Shown: piece after piece, positions 58,701-63,678 of the stretch
Position numbering within the stretch: position 1 is the stretch's first letter
Layout: each line of letters starts with the position of its first letter
Assembly: GCA_964016885.1 (NCBI GenBank)
Contig: CAXHJY010000113.1
Coordinates: 1-63,678, forward strand
DNA length: 63,678 bases
Source: Eledone cirrhosa
Taxonomy: Eukaryota
Direction: 5' to 3'
The notes under the pieces: generated by a model
The model's database searches: none
What the model was told of the DNA's origin: nothing
The model's input: only the letters and a program-made list of their open reading frames with translations
Position numbers and translations under genes: made by a program

Positions 58701-61075
58701 GTGGTGTGGTGGTGGTGGTGTGGTGGTGGTGGGTGGTGGTGTGGTGGTGTGGTGGTGTGGTGTGGTGGTGTGGTGGTGGTGGTGGTGGTGTGGTGGTGGT
58801 GGTGTGGTGGTGGTGGTGGTGTGGTGGTGGTGTGGTGGTGGTGTGGTGGTGGTGTGGTGGTGTGGTGGTGGTGGTGTGGTGGTGTGGTGGTGGTGGTGGT
58901 GGTGTGGTGGTGGTGGTGTGGTGGTGTGGTGGTGGTGGTGTGGTGGTGGTGGTGGTGTGGTGGTGGTGTGGTGGTGGTGTGGTGGTGGTGTGGTGGTGGT
59001 GTGGTGGTGGTGTGGTGGTGTGGTGGTGGTGGTGTGGTGGTGTGGTGGTGGTGGTGGTGGTGTGGTGGTGGTGTGGTGGTGGTGTGGTGGTGGTGTGGTG
59101 GTGGTGTGGTGGTGGTGTGGTGGTGTGGTGGTGGTGGTGGTGTGGTGGTGGTGGTGGTGGTGGTGTGGTGGTGGTGGTGGTGGTGTGGTGGTGGTGGTGT
59201 GGTGGTGGTGGTGGTGTGGTGGTGGTGTGGTGGTGGTGTGGTGGTGGTGTGGTGGTGTGGTGGTGGTGGTGTGTGGTGTGGTGGTGGTGGTGGTGGTGTG
59301 GTGGTGGTGGTGGTGTGGTGGTGTGGTGGTGGTGGTGTGGTGGTGGTGGTGGTGTGGTGGTGGTGTGGTGGTGGTGTGGTGGTGGTGTGGTGGTGGTGTG
59401 GTGGTGGTGTGGTGGTGTGGTGGTGGTGGTGTGGTGTGGTGGTGGTGTGGTGGTGGTGTGGTGGTGGTGTGGTGGTGTGGTGGTGGTGGTGGTGTGGTGG
59501 TGGTGGTGGTGGTGGTGGTGGTGGTGGTGGTGGTGGTGTGGTGGTGTGGTGGTGGTGTGGTGGTGGTGTGGTGGTGGTGTGGTGGTGGTGGTGTGGTGGT
59601 GTGGTGGTGGTGGTGGTGGTGTGGTGGTGGTGTGGTGTGGTGGTGGTGGTGGTGGTGGTGGTGTGGTGGTGGTGTGGTGTTGGTGGTGGGTGTGGCGGTG
59701 TGGTGTGGTGTGGGTGGGTGGTGGTGGTGGTGTGGTGGTGGTGTGGCGGTGTGGTGTGGTGGTGTGGTGGTGGTGTGGTGGTGGTGGTGGTGGTGTGGCG
59801 GTGTGGTTGTGGTGGTGTGGTGGTGGTGTGGTGTTGGTGGTGGTGTGGCGGTGTGGTGTGGTGTGGTGTGGTGGTGTGGGTGGTGGTGGGTGGTGGTGGT
59901 GGTGGTGGTGGTGTGGTGGTGGGGTGGTGGTGGTGGTGGTGGTGGTGGGGTGGTGGTGGTGTGGCGGTGTGGTGTGGTGTGGTGGTGTGGTGGTGGTGTG
60001 GTGGTGGTGGTGGTGGTGGTGTGGTGGTGGTGGTGTGGTGGTGTGGGGTGGTGGTGGTGGTGTGGGCGGTGTGGTGTGGTGTGGTGGTGTGGTGGTGGTG
60101 TGGTGTTGGTGGTGGTGTGGCGGTGTGGTGTGGTGTGGTGGTGTGGTGGGTGGTGTGGTGTTGGTGGTGGTGTGGCGGTGTGGTGTGGTGTGGTGGTGTG
60201 GTGGTGGTGGTGGTGGTGTGGTGGTGGTGTGGTGGTGGTGGTGGGTGGTGTGGTGGTGGGTGGTGTGGTGTGGTGGTGGTGGTGGTGTGGTGGTGGTGTG
60301 GTGGTGGTGGTGTGGTGGTGTGGTGGTGGTGTGGTGGTGGTGGTGTGGTGGTGGTGTGGTGGTGGTGGTGTGGTGGTGGTGGTGGGTGGTGGTGGTGGTG
60401 GTGTGGTGGTGTGGTGGTGGTGGTGGTGTGTGGTGGTGTGGTGGTGGTGGTGTGGTGGTGTAGTGGTGGTGGTGTAGTGGTGTTAGTATGGTGGTGGTGT
60501 GTGGTGGTGTGGTGGTGATGTGGTGGTGGTGTGGTGGTGGGTGGTGTAGTGGTGGTGGTGGTGTAATGGTGGTGGTGGTTTGGTGGTGGTGGTGTGGTGG
60601 TGTAGTGGTGGTGTGGTGGTGGTGTAGTGGTGGTGTGGTGGTGGTGTAGTGGTGGTGGTGAAGTGGTGGCGTGGTGGTGGTGGTAGTGGTGGCGTGGTGG
60701 TGGTGGTAGTGGTGGCGGTGGTGGTAGTGGTGGTGGTGGTGGTGTACTGGTGGTGGTGTAGTGGTGTAGGTGTGGTGGTGGTGTAGTGGTGTAGGTGGTG
60801 GTGGTGGTGGTGGTGGTGGTGGAGTGGTGGTGGCAGTGATTGTGGAGGTGGTGTAGTGGTGTAGGTGTGGTGGTGTTAGTGGTTGTGTAGTGGTGGTGGT
60901 GTAGTGGTGGTGTTGGTGGTGGTGTAGTGGTGGCTGTGATTGTGGTGTTGGTGTAGTGGTGGTGGTGTAGTGGTGGTGGTGTAGTGGTGGTGGTAGTGGT
61001 GATGGTAGTGTAGTGGTGGTAGTGGTGGTAGTGTAGTGGTGGTAGTGGTGGTAGTGCTGTTGTTGGTGTTGGTGA
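55737..61075. repeat. ~5.3-kb (GGT)n tract with GT interruptions
   Basis: Directly visible. Confidence 0.95.
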
Positions 61076-61647
61076 CATATCATAACTAGTGGTGGTGGTG
61101 GTGGTGGTTATCTTGTTGTAAATGTACTAATGAATGACCCTGAAATGTGTTGGATCCATCTGCTAGAAATAGCAGCCATATATTACTCAAATTTGACAAC
61201 TGTAAGAGTCATCGTCGAAATAAACGGAGATCCATTTATAATTTTTTTTTTTTTAAACCAAATTGTACCGTCTCTTTCCCTAAAGGTTTAAAATTAAGCC
61301 CTAGAAACGCCGTATGTTAATAAGGGACACTTTAGGAGTTACGGGACCCTATAAACATATTGTTGCTTTTCTCTTTAACTTAAAAACCTCGCCATGGCCT
61401 AGATGTGTGGTGGACTTAATCCATTTCCCGGTTTAATAAACCCTGCTCGAACTGATGTGCTTGCTATACTGACGACTCCCTTTTGTAGCAAGCATTCAAA
61501 ACTGGTCCCATCTGAGGGGGAAGTTCTTGTTTTTGGTCCCCGCAAATATAGGGAGCTCTTACAAGGGACACAGGTGGTAAATGGAAAGGAAAGGGAACTA
61601 CCCCTTTTTTTTCTTCATGACTAAATTGCACGCGTGGTCTTAGGAAA

Positions 61648-61805
61648 ACACCAGCACCACTACTACTACTACCACCAACACTACCATCACCTCTACTACT
61701 ACTACTACTTATACTATTACTACCATCACCACCACCACCACCACCACTACCACCACTACCACTACTACTACTTCTACTACCACCACCACCACTAATACCA
61801 CCGCC

Positions 61806-61837
<32 letters not shown>

Positions 61838-62872
61838 CAATATTACCACTACTGCTACTACCACCAACACTACCATCACCTCTACTACTACTACTACTTA
61901 TACTATTACTACCATCACCACCACCACCACCACTATCACTACTACTACTTCTACTACCACCACCACCACTAATACCACCGCCACTACTACTACTACCACT
62001 ACTACTACCACCACCACCACCAATATTACCACTACTGCTACTACCACCAACACTACCATCACCTCTACTACTACTACTACTACTAATACTATTACTACCA
62101 ACACCACCACCACCACCACCTCAAATACCACCACCACTACTACCACTACTATTACTTCTACTACCACCACCGCCACTAATACTACTACCACTACTACTAC
62201 CACCACCACCAATAATACCACCGCCACTACTACTACTACCACTACTACTACCACCACCGCCACTAATACTACTACCACTACTACTACCACCACCACCACT
62301 AATACCACCGCCACTACTACTACTACCACTACTACTACCACCACCAATATTACCACTACTACCACCACCACAACTACCACCACTATTCTATCCCCACTCC
62401 CAACACAAACAACAACAAATATATAATTAAGAAAAGTCAATCTAAATTGGCAACATATGAAACGAAAAACCTAGCAATAGTCGTAGTGGTGGTAGTAGTA
62501 GTAGTGGTGGTAGTAGTAGTAGTAGTAGTGGTGGTGGTGGTAGCAGTGGTGGTGGTGGTGGTGGTAGTAGTAGTGGTGGTGGTGGTGGTAGTAGTGGTGG
62601 TGGTAGTAGTGGTGGTGGTAGTAGTAGTAGTGGTGGTAGTAGTAGTAGTGGTGGTGGTGGTGGTGGTGGTAGTAGTGGTGGTGGTGGTGGTAGTAGTAGT
62701 GGTGCAGTGGTGGTGGTAGTAGTGGTGTAGTGGTGGTGGTAGTAGTAGTGGTGGTGGTGGCGGTGGTGGTGGTAGTAGTGGTGGTGGTGGTGGTAGTAGT
62801 AGTGGTGTAGTGGTGGTGGTAGTAGTGGTGTAGTGGTGGTGGTAGTAGTAGTAGTGGTGGTGGTGGTGGTAG
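61648..62872. repeat. (CTA/CAC)n tract (61648-62390) and (GTA/GGT)n tract (62478-62872)
   Basis: Directly visible. Confidence 0.9.
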
Positions 62873-63109
62873 CACATACACACATATACATATACATATA
62901 TATATATATATGTACATATATATATATATGTATATACACAGACACATACAGCACCACAGATGACAGTACGATTATACACAGACACACACACACATATATA
63001 TATATATATGTATATATATATACATATCCACACATATACATACACATATATATATATACACATACACACACAGCACCACAGATGACAGTGCAATTATATT
63101 TACACACAC

Positions 63110-63142
<33 letters not shown>

Positions 63143-63155
63143 CATACACATGCAT

Positions 63156-63208
<53 letters not shown>

Positions 63209-63409
63209 TACATATACAGCACTACATATGACAGTACGATTAATAATGACATACATTTTAAATTTATCGAGCTCAAATTCAAAATGGCGGCCATACTTTA
63301 ATTTCATCCATGTTTAAGCAGTTTTAACGAAATTCCTCTGTTCGGCTTTTATCGGGAGGATCTAAAGTTTTAGATATTAGCAATTATCTCCGTATAAGGC
63401 GCCCAACAG

Positions 63410-63660
63410 GCCACCTAGTTATATAAATGGTGGACAGAATGCTTTGCAGTATTTGTTATGGTTTTCTGTGTTATTTGAGTTTAAACCCCACCAAGGTCAA
63501 CTTTACATTTCAAGGTCGATAAAAAAGTACCAGTCAAGTACTGAGATCGTTGCTTCCTCTATATAGCTTTATCACTTCCTTTCTCTCACTATTTATCCTT
63601 CTCTGTTGCCTTTTATCCATTCAAGGTAGATAAAAAGTACCAGTCTAGTACTGGGTTGAT
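63410..63660 (+). mobile_element. Diverged SINE remnants
   Basis: GAGTTTAAACCC...GGTCAACTTT...GGTCGATAAAAAAGTACCAG, with the 3' part repeated at 63620-63660. Confidence 0.6.
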
Positions 63661-63678
63661 ACTTCCTTTTTATCTCTT

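Noticed and set aside
55657-61083. 1600-1800-aa ORFs on both strands
   Set aside because: Pure (GGT)n/(ACC)n sequence cannot contain stop codons, and there is no codon or domain signal

Overview
Very AT-rich, microsatellite-saturated eukaryotic DNA. The SINE content and (TA)n/(GGT)n load suggest an octopod cephalopod, which is an inference. No protein-coding gene can be supported: nearly all supplied ORFs are translations of simple repeats. The main signal is catalytic RNA. (1) A 310-bp tandem array (1-2247) and (2) a 422-bp tandem array (12831-23938) are otherwise dissimilar, yet every unit carries a minimal type I hammerhead ribozyme (CUGANGA/GAAA core, AACA loop 2, palindromic helix III, GUA site). 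This matches non-LTR retrozymes, which are circular-RNA-producing, Penelope-associated elements. The 422-bp array is an ~11-kb palindrome: two ~13-unit arms point outward, both end in (TA)n, and they are joined inside a ribozyme by a 2-bp microhomology. That fits twin-primed rolling-circle reverse transcription of a circular RNA. At least six further dispersed hammerhead families (including a U3-A8 core covariant) lie in or beside (TA)n tracts, and several repeat the same outward-facing fold-back design in miniature. The rest is tRNA-derived SINEs, LINE 3' fragments, minisatellites and very long trinucleotide tracts. All ribozyme folds were assigned by eye, and activity is untested.
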